This document shows positions 51,591 through 63,510 of a stretch of DNA of 64,000 nt, piece by piece. Below the pieces are notes generated by a model. The model ran no database searches. It worked only from the letters and a program-made list of their open reading frames with translations, and had not been told where the DNA came from. This DNA comes from Mobula hypostoma (lineage: Eukaryota): the NCBI RefSeq assembly GCF_963921235.1, contig NC_086097.1, positions 10,478,001-10,542,000 on the forward strand, read 5' to 3'. Every line of letters starts with the position of its first letter. Positions within the stretch are counted from its first letter, which is position 1. The position numbers were made by a program, and so were the translations under genes.

Positions 51591-52448
51591 AGAAAGATCT
51601 TTGAAAGATCACTACTAATGCCACTACAATCCTTTCAGAGCCCTGGCATGTTGTCCATCTGGTCCAGGTGACTTATCTACCTTCAGGCCTTTCAGCTTCC
51701 CAATCACCTTCTCCTTAGCAATAGCAACTATACTCACTTCTACTCCCCAAAACTCTTGCATTTGTGACATTCTACTAGTGGCTTCCCTAAATGCAAAATA
51801 CTTATGAATTTCATTAAGTTAAAATGCAGCTCATGATTTTCATGCTCAGAGAGAGAGAAATATATAATTGTCTCCTTAGTTTTCTCAACAAATTGTATAT
51901 CCTGGCGGTGTTCAGCTTTATATTAATAGCAATGTAATTGAAATTGCAGTAGGGTAACTTATCTTTCTACATGCCTCAGTTAAGAATATACTTGAGGTGA
52001 AAAATGTGACTGAAAACTCTTTGATGGCATTGAATTCTAGGTCAGTCATTATTCTGAATAACCCTGATATGAAATCTCCACATTGTCTTTCACTGGCAAA
52101 ATATTTCTGATCTTTTATTTATGAAGTGTATTAAAATGACTGGCAACCCTTTATACTACTAGATCAAATGCATTTTTAAAATCTTCAACTCAACTTGTAG
52201 TTGTCACCCTTTAGTCCTACTTGGCAACTATTAAAATATTTATATGTTATTTGTCTCACAATGAAAAGTTTGTCTTTGATTTGTGAAGTTCATAAAATGT
52301 AGTTGCTTCAGATGTTTTTGTCATGATACTGGGTTATGAATACCAGATGGACTATGCAAGATGAGTTTTCCACTTGCCCTAGCAAGTACAGCTATGTCTA
52401 TTGTTGCCTTCATCAATAGACTTGGCAACACCTTTGTTCTTGGACACA

Positions 52449-52960
52449 GGGCAGCGTGGTAGCGTAGTGGTTAGTGCAATGCTTTACAGTGCCAACTGTA
52501 AGATCGAGGGTCAATTCCTGCCACTGTCTGTAAAGAGTTTGTATATTCTCTCTTGCTTGGTGAGTGTGTGAGTGGGGGGTCAGGGTGGTCAGTGCTTCTG
52601 TGCATGGGAGCGGGGAGAGGGGCTTTGGGATTCTGTTGTTTCTATCATTCATTCTATGGTGTTTCTTGTTTCACAGGTATTTGTGAAGAGTAAAAATTTC
52701 AGGTTGTATACTATATACATTCTCTGATAGTAAATTGGAACATTTGACCATGTTGATTTCCTTCGGCTGCTCCGATTTCCAACCATATTCCAAAGATGTA
52801 CCCGGTTAGAGGTGGTAAGCTGTAGCCATGTGGTAGTGGGAGCATGGTGACACTCGCGAGCTGCCTCCAGCTCATCCTTGGGTTGTGTTGGTCATTGATG
52901 CAAACGATGTATTTTGCTGTATCTTTTGAAGTGTCAATGTACATGTGACAAAATAAAGCA
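52449..52960 (+). mobile_element. tRNA-derived SINE interrupted by a LINE-tail fragment
   Basis: A box tagcgtagtgg, B-box-like ggtcaattcc. The 3' part is homologous (inverted) to 17890-18040 and 39115-39290. Confidence 0.65.
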
Positions 52961-53996
52961 TTTGTTGACTGTCCGCAGGAGATGGTTGTGGACTTTAGGA
53001 AGGTGCAGTTCTGACAAAGGAGCGTTGACCTGAAACATTAGTCCTGTTTATGTTTTCACTAATATTACCTGACATGCTGAGTGCATTGAGCACTTTATTT
53101 TCATCCCTGTGTGAAGCAACCTGTCTCAGGTACACAGGCTGGCTATCTGCTCTCAATAAACAACAGTGGCTTGGTTGAGGAATGAAACAAAAACATTCAA
53201 CCTGATCAATCCCAGGGAGTTGTGTCTTGAATGATTGAAAGCTGTTGGGAGGGGGGGAGGGGGTTGTGGGTAGAGTTGCCAATTTCACCTGTATGTCATT
53301 AGGAAAATTATATTTCAAATTTTGAGATTCAAGTTTGTTTTTTTGTCATTTCCAGATCACAAGTATAAAGGAAAACAAAATAAATGTTACTTCAGATCAA
53401 ATGCAGCACAAAGAAAACTCAGTAAGCCAGAGAACACAATAAATATAATTACATAAGATAACTTATGGTTATGCATAGATTGGTTGTGAAGATAAAGCAT
53501 TTCAGGATGTATATTGCATCCCTTTCTCTGACATTAAATGTACCTTTGAAACCTTTGGAAGTGACACAAGGCACAGATGCGTCTGTACATAGTGTCTCTG
53601 ACAGGAAATGATAAAGCAGTGGTGGTGGGGTGTGTGGAAGGTTAGCTTAGTGGGTGGAGGTGTTCAGCAGCCTTTCTGCTTGGGGAAAGTAACTGTTTTT
53701 GAGTCTTGTGGTTCTGGCATAGACGCTACATAGCCTCCTCCCTGATGGGAGTGGCAAGCACTCCATGAGTAGGATGGGTGGGATCCTTTAAGATGTTACT
53801 GGCCAAAGAGTATTGGAAGAAAACCAAAGAATCTACAGATCCTGGAAATCCAAAACAAAAGCAAAAAGTATTGGAAACACTCAGCCGAACAAGCAGCAGC
53901 CATAAAATGAGAACCAGAGCCAATATTTTCGGCTGAAGGCACTTCAACAGAATTGGGAGAACATGTGTATTGGGAAAAATGGCATACTTCTCCGCT

Positions 53997-54456
53997 AACA
54001 CGAAGAATTCTGCAGATGCCTCCAACCTGATGGCATGAACATTGACTTCTCTAACTTCCGCTAATGCCCCACCTCCCCCTCATACCCCATCCGTTATTTA
54101 TTTATATACACACATTCTTTCTCTCTCTCCTTTTTCTCCCTCTGTCCCTCTGACTATACCCCTTGCCCATCCTCTGGGTTTCCCCCCCTCCCCCTTTTCC
54201 TTCTCCCTGGGCCTCCTGTCCCATGATCCTCTCATATCCCTTTTGCCAATCACCTGTCCAGCTCTTGGCTCCATCCCTCCCCCTCCTGTCTTCTCCCATC
54301 ATTTTGGATCTCCCCCTCCCCCTCCCACTTTCAAATCTCTTACTAGCTCTTCCTTCAGTTAGTCCTGACGAAGGGTCCCGACCCGAAACGTCAACTGTAC
54401 CTCTTCCTAGAGATGCTGCCTGGCCTGCTGCGTTCCCCAGCAACTTTAATGAGTGT
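53997..54456 (+). mobile_element. PLE 3' end with inverted terminal tip at its 5' junction
   Basis: Encodes LQPDGMNIDFSNFR* like the end of the 32600 ORF. Preceded by inverted 'aacacgaagaattctgcagatgc'. TSD atacttctccgct (53984-96) / atacttctctgct (54457-69). Confidence 0.9.
54361..54396 (+). ncRNA. Minimal hammerhead ribozyme motif
   Basis: AGTC CTGACGA AGGGTCCCGACCC GAAA CG TC AACT. Stem II GGGTC/GACCC; one stem-I mismatch. Confidence 0.7.
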
Positions 54457-55291
54457 ATACTTCTCTGCTGATTGCTTGCCTTTTTAACAGGACATGAATG
54501 ATCCGAGTTGAAGTCAATTTGAGACAGGGTAGAAATACTTCCTTAAATGGTGTTATTTAATGACACTGTGAGATGAGAATAGTAATTAGAGGCAACACGG
54601 CAGGAGATTGAAACAAAATCAAACAAGAGAAAGTTGCCCCACTGTGCAGTTGATTAACGTGCCAGTATAAACAAGTCCCACTGAACGACTGAATAGATTG
54701 AAGTAAGTGATTTCTAACCAGCAAAACTGAACTGTGTTCAATATTAATGTGATGGCTCCCCTTTCAAAATTCATACATTTCTTCTGCATTCAGTGATGTT
54801 TTACAACTGTGAAAAACACGACACATTAGGGGCACTGTAAGGGTAATATGCAGATTAGGTTGCTTTCATTACAGAAGAACTAGATTAGATCATAATTTTA
54901 TTATTTGCAAGTTGTGAGATCTAATCAAGCTCTTGGTTGCATCAAGGTACTTTAAATTGGCAAACTGATAAATTGGCTTATTATTCTCACATGTAGCAAG
55001 GTCTAGTAAAAATAAACATTGTGTTGCATGCCATCCATACAGATCATTACACCACATCAAGTAGCCCCAGGCAGCACAAGGAAAGGCAATAAAAGTGCAG
55101 AATAAAGTCTTGCAGTTAAAGAGAAAGTGTGGTGCAGGCAGACAATAAAGAGAAGGAAGATTTAAGGCACATTTGAAACATGGAAAAAGAAAAGAACTGG
55201 GCAATATATTGGTCCTTGAACCTCAACTTGTGCTTGAAGGATCAAATGTCACAGTGCACACTCGCTGCACTGGACCCTTGTGAGGAGGAAC

Positions 55292-55410
55292 GACAGACTC
55301 TCTGTCGTGGTGGTCACTGGCATGAACTGAACCCAGGAGCGGAGGACTGCAGACTCTGTCGTGGTGGTCGCTGGCAATGACTGAACCCAGGAGCAAAGCA
55401 ACGGCAGACT
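55292..55410. repeat. Tandem duplication, ~57-bp unit x2
   Basis: cagactc(tc)tgtcgtggtggtcRctggca..actgaacccaggagc occurs twice, followed by a third cagactc. Confidence 0.8.
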
Positions 55411-55959
55411 CCCCATGAAGAGATGGCAGCACAAGGTTAGACATGGGAATACCAACAGATCATCTGGGGAATGACAACAAAAGTCCTCATCATAAAAAGC
55501 AGGAAATACTTGCCGGTCACAATTAACTAGAGAAGATTAAACTGAAAGCACCTGGGTTAATGGCTCTAACAATTAGTACATACAGGTTCTTGAGAAAGCC
55601 AGAAACCCAATGCTGTAGGGCAGGCTGCGAAGGACCGTATCAGGTGAGGAGAGGTTAGGATGTGCTTTATACCTTGCTCTTCCAATTGACCATGAGCATG
55701 TGTCAAAGGACATTTCTCATTCACTGTAATTTACCACAAGGTCCCTGTTGTTGAAAGGAAATGGTGATAGCTACAAGGTTTCAGCATCTTTATTAGGTGG
55801 CAACCAATGTAACAACAGGATTAAAAGAATGGTTTGGGCAGAGACCAAGGATTTTGGACATCAGGAAGAGGGAAGACTGCTAAAAAAAAATAATCTTCAT
55901 ACAGATGGAAATCGAGAGTAGCAGCTGCTCTGATTACATGGGAAGGTGATCATTTAGAA

Positions 55960-56815
55960 TTCAATATTCAAAGGATTCAAAGTACATTTATTATCAAAGT
56001 ATATATGTAGTATTCAACCCTGAGATTTTCTTCCTACAAACAATCATGCAACAAAGGAGAACCATGGAACCCATTCAAAGTAAAAAAAAAAATCATCAAA
56101 CCCCCAAGTGCAAAAAAAAGTCACCCAAACAGCAAAAAGAAATGAACAAAAATACAGAATATAGCACAAAATCAAAAGGCATATTTCTGTTCAGTTCAGT
56201 ATTCGTTATCTGCAGACTTTTTTGAATTTATCCAATTCAAAAATCTCCCAAAAATAGCAGCAGGAAAAGGAGCCACCAGAAAAACTACAAACCCATGAAT
56301 TAGAGTTCACAATCCACAAAGCACATTGGTTAAACCTTGCTTCAGCACCATCCTCCGACAACATCAAGAAGAGAGAGAGATCGTTCAAATGCAGAAGCAG
56401 TAAGCAAGAGGGAGAGAGAGACTGTCACACACAGACACCTTCCTCCAGCAGCAGCGAGCGAGAGGCTGGTAGACAGTGCAGAATACCCATTCAATCTCCA
56501 TGCCCAGCTCAATGATTTCAATCTTCCTTGGCACTCTATTCAGTGAGATTGGTGAGAACTGGAGTTGATCCGGGCTTCCCAGCCTCCGTACAACACGCTT
56601 TGCCCACAGCCTCGCAGAACCCTCTCGGAAACCGCAGAGATCCAGATTGCCCAATCAGCCCGAAAACACACCACCAGAATGTAGATAACTGGCTCCAACA
56701 GTAGCAGAACCACATCTGAAATAAAAAGAAGACGTGATGGAAGTGAAAAGAGTTGCTTTGTGACCCGTCTTGAGGATGTCGCTTTTAGTAGCATTGTTGA
56801 CCAGCACCACCATCA
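55960..56815 (-). mobile_element. Non-coding LINE-tail-type retroposon
   Basis: Minus-strand end ttgataataaatgtactttgaa..., shared with 62385-62460. GC-richer 5' part. Confidence 0.45.
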
Positions 56816-57569
56816 ATGTAGCAGCAATATTTGAGTGGACATTTGGATAGTTGACAAAAAAGTTTGGTCAAAGAGTAGGTTTTCAGAATCGGCTCAACAC
56901 AAGCAAGAAGGAAGGTTGAAGAATGTAATAGCAGAATTTCATTTCTTGGCAACAGAAATTAGGGTTTCCAAGGTAACGCAAGTTGATGTAGAGTGGTCAA
57001 GACAGCAGAAATAGAGGTGTGTAGAAATGTAAGTCTTGGGGCTGGAGGTGAAAAAAGTTTGCTTTTGCTTACCTGATGCGTTTATGTGGAGTATTGCTCT
57101 ACGTTGTAGGAGTAATTTGAAAAATGCCCTGTTACAAATGAGTATGAGGCCCTTCATTGGTCACCCAGTGCATCCAACCATCCTCACATACACTGAGCGT
57201 GTTTTGGTCCAGACCTTAATTAATCCCAGAGAGCATCAGCTACTATAGAATAAAGGTATTGTGCTCAACCTGGAATATTTCAAGGCTAAGTATGTTGGCT
57301 TTTAATTAACTTTGAAACTACCCTCTGTTGGAGCAACACTGAACACTTGAATTCTCTGTCAAATGTATCCAAAGGGAAGGTAACTGCCCCAAGTCCCATC
57401 ACACTGAGTCTTTGGGATCACGTGACCATTGTACTTCACAGTTACAGACTCTACGGTCATGTCACAGAAAGCTAATAGGCAACCAATGATGTTGTCCGCA
57501 ACCTTGTCCCCCATATTTTAGCACAAAAGCTCTTTGCTGTGATGTAATGTCTTTAACACATATGAAGTC

Positions 57570-57765
57570 CTCTGCTGGTTGGGGTCAACCATAGATATTG
57601 AGTCCTAGCCTGGGCAGTACACTATGGAGAGCAAGCTGTTCATACTGAGACCATACTGTAGGCTCCCGCTTTGAAGGTCAAGAGGGTCAAGAGCTATTTG
57701 AGATGCACACCATTAGGAATATTTAATAGGTAATGGGAGATTACACCCACTACTGCCCCGGCCAT
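57570..57765 (-). mobile_element. Internally deleted copy of the RTE-5'UTR-derived element
   Basis: Matches both ends of 61688-62230 and the 11700-11770 end of the RTE. Confidence 0.6.
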
Positions 57766-58159
57766 AAAATTCTTAAGGAGCATTTGAATTTCCAATCAAG
57801 GTGGTGCTGGCAAGACACAATGATGTTTTGTGGGCAGCTCACAAAATTACCAGCTATTTTACTAAATATACTTTCCCTACAATTACTGCAATCTGCAGCC
57901 TCTAACTTCCCTTTAAGAAATGTATTTTTGAACCATCTAAATGACCTAGTGATTTTACAGTCTCCTGAAGGATTCGATGAACCTGAGGCTTGAGAATACA
58001 TGTACAGTTACATCGCCGGAGCAGGCTTTAAGCGAGATTAGAGTGCCAAGGTCAGAGAACAGAAGGCAAAGCAATAGTCAGCCTCACTGCTCTGCGCCGA
58101 CTGAAAACATCAAACTAGACTAAAGCGGTGTTTAGCTCACTTCTCCATTTCAGCCTGGA

Positions 58160-58455
58160 ATATTTATTTATTTATTGTATTTAGAGATACAGTGTGGAAT
58201 AGGTCCTTCTGGCCCTTGAACAGTGCCCCTCAGCAACCTCTCAATTCAAAACTGGCCTAATCATGGACAATTTACATTGATCAATTAACCTAATAACTGG
58301 TCTGTCTTGAACTGAGAAGAAACTGGGGTCCCCAGCGGAAACCCATGTGTTCACGGGAAGACATTAAAACTCCTTGCAGATAACATTGAAGTTGAACTCT
58401 GAATGCCGACACCTCAAGTTGACATAGCATCATGTTAACTGCTGCGTTACCATGA
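58160..58455 (-). mobile_element. tRNA-SINE with CR1-type tail
   Basis: Same architecture as 1357-1590. Confidence 0.55.
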
Positions 58456-58699
58456 GCTCCCCCCATCCACCTGTGCTTGACCGGTCTCACTCTCTCCTTG
58501 CTGTTACCATTGGGTGGGAGGTGCAGGAAGTTCAGGTCCCACACCACCAGTTGTTGCCCTGGAGCCATCAGGTTCCTGGACTGACTTCACTCGCCTCAAC
58601 ACTGAACTGTCTCTGGAGATGGTGAACTAACTTTCGGGAACTCTGCAGTTCAGGTTCTATGTATTATTTATTTATGTTTTTATTATTTGCACGAAGAGA

Positions 58700-59363
58700 A
58701 GAGAAGATGGCGGAGCAACACAGCGCACAGCAGCCACTCCGGAATGAATATCTGTTATTTGTTAAGTAGGATGTCGTGCACAATCCTGATTTGATGGAGA
58801 TGGACGTGAGAAGCACGGAGGAGCATCTGGAGAAACTTCTGAAATGCCTGTTTCGCTGCCACTGCTACTGTGCAATCCAGAATCTCTGGAGGGGAAGAGC
58901 CCGAATCCTCGGCTTTGCCTGTTGCTCAGCGGCTGGGGCCGGGGTCGAAGACTTCGGCAGAGATGGTGCTCGGTGTTCGGTGTCGGAGGGCTGGTCGGAG
59001 GCTCGAAGTTTTCGGACGGACTCAGACGGCTGTGGTTGAGTGCTGCATTGGCAAGTTTGCGGCGCTGGAGGTTCATGGCAGGGAGAGTCTTTCTTCCTTC
59101 TACCGTCTGCATGAGATGATGGGGCTATCGGGACTTTGAGACTTTTTTTACCGTTTCCATGGTCTGTTCTTTATCAAATTACGGTATTGCTTTGCACTGT
59201 TGTATCTATATGTTATAATTATGTGGTTTTTGTCAGTTTTAGTCTTGGTCTGTCCTGTGTTTCTGTGATATCACACTGGAGAAACATTGTATCATTTCTT
59301 AATGCATGCATTACTAAATGACAATAAACGAGAACTGAGTGTCCTCATAATCTAATCTAATCT
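58700..59363 (+). mobile_element. Family X non-autonomous retroposon, full-length copy
   Basis: Starts AAGATGGCG with a CpG-rich body. Ends gacAATAAA..(AATCT)n. Collinear with 10171-10760. Confidence 0.75.
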
Positions 59364-59689
59364 AAAAAATTGTTCTTTATTCGCACATTAGATATTTGTT
59401 GATCTTTGGGGTGTGGGGTTTTTCATGGATTCTATTCTGGTTCTTTGTTTTGTGGATGCCTACAAGTAGATGAATCTCAAGTTGGCATATATTCAAATTC
59501 GGTTTGTTGTCGTTCAACCATACAAACATATACCGCCAAATGAAACAATGTTCCTCCAGACTAAGGTACACATCAGTGTACATATAACATACACACAATA
59601 CATAAAGTAACATTACCACAAATAATTTAACAAACAGTAAGGTGCATTTATGTTACATGTACAGTACTTTGATAAATATACTTTGTATG

Positions 59690-60213
59690 TACAGTACTGT
59701 TCCAAAGTCTCAGGCACACATATATAGATATAGGGTGCCTCAGACTTATGCACAGTACTGTATTTGTCACTGTGGAGCGGAGAGCAAGTCTGTAAATCTG
59801 GCAGGAGCAAAGGATGCTGGGAATGGCAAGGGTGGAGTGCCGCGAGAGGGGTTATGACAGGTGACAGAGAAGGAGAACCAGAGGCAAGGAGTGGCATACG
59901 TGCAGACACCTGGCAAAGGTCATTTGAATCCAAACAATAGGTGTATTGATCATTACAGAATGTCTCTCAGATGCTTTCCTCTCCCTTCCCTGTTTCCCAA
60001 CCAGGACTCCCCTCTCCTTGCCCCCTTCTCACTCTCAGTTCACAATAGAGACCTGTATGAGAAGCAGGTTTATCATCACTCACATACTTCATGAAATTTG
60101 TTTTCTTTTGTAGTAGTAGTACAGTGCAATATATATATTTGCTACAGTACTGTGCAAAAGTCTCGGGCTCCCTACCTGTAGTTATGTGTCCAAGATATTT
60201 GCACAGTACTGTA
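59690..60213. mobile_element. Composite MITE (copy 3, best preserved)
   Basis: Modules 59690-59762 and 60143-60213, each TACAGTACTGT...ACAGTACTGTA. Confidence 0.8.
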
Positions 60214-61019
60214 TGTACTTTGTACAACTTTTAATATAGATTCACTTAGCACATAGTAAAAAGCTGGAGGAAGAAATATGTTTTTAACCATATGCAGTAT
60301 CTTCATCTTAAAGTCAAATTGCCAAACTATGTCCTGGAATACATACATGACCTAACATAAATGTAGTGCAACTCGAAGGAAGTGATATTCCAAGACACAT
60401 AATCACTTCTGTCTCTGTGCTGACAATGAAGAACTATAAGCGATCACAAATCAGGCAAGGGGAAAATATCCATGGCAGTAATAAAGTAAGAGAATTCCTC
60501 TGTGCAACACTAACTGAACTTAAATAAACACAAACTAAACTTTAATAAACTTTAACGGCAATAAAGTAACAGAATGCCTTTGTGCAACACTAACTAAACT
60601 TCCTATTATCTTGTGCAAAAAAGATGCACATTTCTTTCAATATATTGAATAAATCTGGTAACTTATCCTCCAATTCAGGACCTGAATTCCAAAATAAATT
60701 TAGGTGCAGATGTTTGAGGAACATCTGCTTTCCTCTGTCGTGAGATTCCTGAGAATTCCATGATCCTGTAACACGTACATTATTTGTTGTTTGCACTACT
60801 TATTCACCATTTATTTATTTTTATTTATGTTATAGCTTATCATTTAGTATGTTTTGCACTGTATTGATACCACAAATTAACAAATTTCATGACATACTGT
60901 ATGTCTGTGATAACACGATTGATTCTGGTTCTGATTTGATTTAACTATTTCAACTGTGATATTTATTGAAATTGGTCTCATCCTGTAAGTGGCCATTATA
61001 AAATTCCTTCACAAACAGG

Positions 61020-61550
61020 ATATGGAACATAGAGCACAGACAGTACAACACAGCAACAGGTCCTTTGGCCCACAATCTTATGCAACTGAACTAATTCCTG
61101 CTGTCTGGACAATGTCCTTATCCTTCCGTTTTCCCTCACATTCATGTGCCTACCTAAATATCTCTTAAAAGACTCTAATGTTTCTACATCTACCACCTCT
61201 CTGGGCAGGGCATTCCAGGCACCCACCACTTTCTGTGTAAAAAAAACTTGCCCATTACATCTCCTTTGAAACTACTCCCTCTCACCTTAAATACATGCCT
61301 TCTGGTATTAGACATTTCAACCCTGGGAGAAAGGTACTGTCCATCTCCTCTATCTATGCCTCTCATAATCATATAAACCCCTCACAGGTCTCCCCTCAGC
61401 CTCCGACGCTCCAGAGATAGCAATCCAAGTTTGCCCAGCCTCTCGATATAGCACATGCCTTCTAATCCAGGCAAAATCCTGGTAACCCTCATCTGCACTC
61501 TCTCTAAGTTCTCAATATCTTCCCTATAATGAGGAGGCCAGAACTATTAT
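61020..61550 (-). mobile_element. CR1 3' fragment
   Basis: TRRHVFKVRG..FKGDVMGKFF and VGAWNALPREVV. Confidence 0.8.
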
Positions 61551-61687
61551 GTGTCCATCTGAAATGATGAGTTCAAACAAAGCAATTATTTGAATCAGTC
61601 ATAGAAAATACCTGCTGCAGACATTTCCAGATCTTTCTTCAATAACGTTAATATTATAGGTAATAATTAATGCTTCCTTAAAGTTGT

Positions 61688-62230
61688 CATAGCTGGGGGT
61701 GGGGATGGGGACAAGCTGCCACTACCTATTAAATGGTCCCAATGGCGTGCAACTCAGATAGCCTCTGACAACTAAGTCCAGCTCCTGGCCTTCACATGGG
61801 GCTTAGCTATTAAACCCAGCAGAACTATTTCTACTGACAGGAGAAGGGGCAATAGTGGGTTACGGGTGCCATAAAACTAGTCACTTCAGGCAGATGGGGC
61901 TTATCGGCTGTGATTGGCAGCTTATCAGGGAAAAGGAAAACTCTGATCTCAAACCTCCGCTGCCTTGCATCTATACCCACTTATGGGGAAGGCTTCGGGA
62001 GTAAACCCCGAGGAGCTGGAGTCTCTAAGGCAGTCCTGCATTGATTTCAAAGCTGACTGGTACCAAACTGTATTGGTCTCTGCCGTTCCTTTGGGTTCAT
62101 CAAATGCCAGGAGAGGGGGACTTGCTACATATGCAACAGCTTGCTCTCCATAATGCACTGCCCAGGCTTGCATATCTAGAGAGCTGGGATGCAACATCCA
62201 TTATGTCAACCCTAACCAACGGAGGCCTTA
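61688..62230 (+). mobile_element. Non-autonomous element derived from the RTE 5' UTR
   Basis: Collinear with the reverse complement of 11290-11770. (ACTC)n tail follows. Confidence 0.75.
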
Positions 62231-62279
62231 CTCACTCACTCACTGATTAGCCACAAAAAGGTCTGAGAAAATTTACTAT

Positions 62280-62960
62280 GATAATGCTGGGACATGCAGA
62301 CCTAAGTTATAGGGAAAGGTTGCATAGGTTTACTCCCTGGAGCACAGAAGAATGACAGGTTCAAAAGATTCAGATATCTCAAAGTACATTTACTATCAAA
62401 GTATGTATGCAGTGTACAACCCTGAGATTCATCTTCCCCACAGACAGCCGAGAAACAAAGCGGAAGCCATTCAAAGAAAAATCATCAGCACCCCCTCGTA
62501 GTAAAAGCAAATCATGCAAGTGGCAACAAGAAAGAACAAGTGCAAACACAGAAAATAAAATGCAAAATCGAAAGAGTGCATATTTTTCAGCTCAATGTTC
62601 ATACCTGCAGGCCATCTGGATCTTAGGTAGACAAAACTATGAGGCTTTTTCCCTTAGGTTTGGTGAGACTAAAACTACAGGTGATGGAATAATGGTGAAA
62701 GGTAAAATATTCAAGAAAAATCTAAGGGGGAGGTTCTTCACTCAGAAGGTGGTGCAAGGGTAGAATGAGCTGCCAGTGGAAATGATGGATGTTGCTTCAA
62801 TTTCAAATTCAGGAAAAGTTTCCAGAGGTATATGGATGGCATGGGTTTGGAGGAATATGGTCCATGTGCTAGCAGATGGGCCTAAACAGAATATCAGATC
62901 AGCATAGTCTAGATGGGCCAAAGGGTCTGTTTCTGTGCTGTAGTACTATATGAGTCTATA
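62280..62960 (+). mobile_element. CR1 3' fragment with internal insertion
   Basis: VKGKIFKKNLRGRFFTQKVV and a CR1 3' UTR. Confidence 0.65.
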
Positions 62961-63159
62961 AATAAGAGCCATCTCACGTAAAGTTCTCTTGCATCTTGTG
63001 AGGTGTTTATTTAAGAAAAATATCATGATACAATGTACAGTACTTGTGCAGATTTGTTACCTTAAGCATAAAATCTAAGAACAAAACCTTAGACATCTTA
63101 ATTTAATTACATTCTTCAGCAATTATGTAACATTTCAGTTATTTTTTTTGGGTGGCGGG

Positions 63160-63510
63160 GTGGAGATACGTCTCAAGTGAGGTGCAAGGTACTCCTTCCC
63201 TCCGCTAGCCTGCAGGTCACCATTGGACAAGGTGTAGCACCTGCTTAGCTTCCCCCATCCTCCCCCCAGCTCCCAGCATCCACACTGAAGCCATGGGAGC
63301 AGCTGCTGCATATCACAAGTCCTGGTTACGCAACCGTTGACACCAGACAGACTACCTCTGAAGAGTATTGATAACGGCTGGGGTCACCTGTCTTGTAGAG
63401 TCAATGCCCAGAAGAAGCCAATGGCAAACAACTTCTGTAGAATTTGCCAAGAACAATCATGGTCATAGATAGACCATGATAACCCATGTCATACAACACA
63501 GCATATGAAG
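63160..63510 (+). mobile_element. Short retroposon with BovB/RTE-type terminal motif
   Basis: gaagaagccaatggcaaacaacttctgtagaatttgccaagaacaatcatgg resembles the BovA/Sauria-SINE-type motif GAAGGCAATGGCAAACCACTCCAGTATTCTTGCC (recalled, not searched). Confidence 0.5.

Noticed and set aside
52449..52525. tRNA gene (also 18105-18170)
   Set aside because: A/B-box-like head runs into a SINE body, and no intact cloverleaf is evident.
55292..55410. CRISPR-like repeat-spacer pattern
   Set aside because: Only two degenerate units with very short variable parts, in a vertebrate context with no cas genes.
57733..58001. Overlapping ORFs on both strands as a host exon
   Set aside because: The start lies in an RTE-derived repeat. 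No recognisable domain or convincing splice pair.
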